A DNA stretch of 64,000 nt from Octopus sinensis (taxonomy: Eukaryota). The position numbers were made by a program, and so were the translations under genes. The stretch covers positions 60,574,001-60,638,000 of the forward strand of contig NC_043009.1 of the NCBI RefSeq assembly GCF_006345805.1. Direction: 5' to 3'. Below, in pieces: positions 63,211-64,000 of this stretch; position 1 is the stretch's first letter; each line of letters starts with the position of its first letter. Under the pieces are notes generated by a model. It saw only the letters and a program-made list of their open reading frames with translations. It did not search any database and was not told the origin of the DNA.

Positions 63211-63320
63211 GTTGATTCGAATAAGTTGGTCATATTACCTGGCATAACCTCTCCACTTGTTATATATGCGAGCAATGTAGGTCACACTCGACAATTAGAC
63301 ATAGAGCTCAGGCATTATCT
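63211..63320 (+). other. Possible host exon (unverified)
   Basis: Strong polypyrimidine tract plus TAAG acceptor, GTAAGA donor at 63321, phase-0 frame open (VDSNKLVILPGITSPLVIYASNVGHTRQLDIELRHY). Confidence 0.2.
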
Positions 63321-63669
63321 GTAAGAGTGACAACTTCCCTTTCAATAATTTAAGCTGGAAAGACGGGATGTAACGGTAACAGTAGCAGCCTGAAAGTTAG
63401 GATAGCCAGTATTTTGTTTTGACTACAGTTTCTGGGCACTGTTGTACTGTTTGTTTTGAAAGTCAAGGTGCGCGAACATGAGAAAATGTAGATAAGATAC
63501 GAACACACGCACACACACACACACCACACACACACACACACACACATACGTAGTACATACGTAACTACATATTCATTTATGGATACACACACATATCCAC
63601 ACACACATATCCACACACACACATCGCTGCAAAAGAACAAAAAGAAGCAGGTTAAGTCCACAATCAAAA

Positions 63670-63673
63670 TAAC

Positions 63674-63720
<47 letters not shown>

Positions 63721-63814
63721 CAACAACAATAATGATAAATAATAATAATAATAATAATAACAACAACAATAATAAATAATAATAATAAAAACAACAACAA
63801 TAATAATAAATAAC

Positions 63815-63870
<56 letters not shown>

Positions 63871-63890
63871 TAATAATAATAATATTAATA
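63670..63890. repeat. (TAA)/(CAA) microsatellite
   Basis: Directly visible. Confidence 0.97.
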
Positions 63891-64000
63891 TTTTTCAGTT
63901 CTATATTTAAGAGATGAGGAATTGTGTACATTATTTATGTTACTTACATTCGACGGATTTTTGTCCTCATCTTGTTTGTTGTTAACACAACCTTTCGGCT

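Overview
This is an AT-rich, microsatellite-saturated eukaryotic window with a 100-N scaffold gap at 1899-1998. The repeat landscape fits an octopus (coleoid cephalopod) genome, which is my inference from the SINE/LINE repertoire and is not proven. I cannot support any host protein-coding gene, and most ORFs in the track are translations of (TA)n/(CA)n/(TATG)n/(TAA)n. The window is a transposon graveyard. It holds four tRNA-derived SINE families (my labels A-D), three RTE-type LINE fragments, a LINE ORF1 zinc-knuckle relic and a Ty3/Gypsy RT relic. It also holds mariner, pogo/Tigger and several hAT transposase relics, several MITEs, three Helitron Pif1-helicase relics and non-autonomous Helitrons. 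The strongest hidden signal is a set of type I hammerhead ribozyme (HHR) motifs inside short non-coding elements, several of them with inverted (foldback) ends, resembling Penelope-like element/retrozyme derivatives. Two distant elements (34428-34841 and 61970-62672) share an HHR with a compensatory U3-A8 core pair and a downstream hairpin with two covarying base pairs. The second element contains about 1.4 tandem copies of a 358-nt monomer. Other notable items are SINE concatemers with an invariant 184-bp junction, a 32-bp minisatellite made from a Helitron Walker A coding segment, and a Rep-less Helitron helicase fusion.
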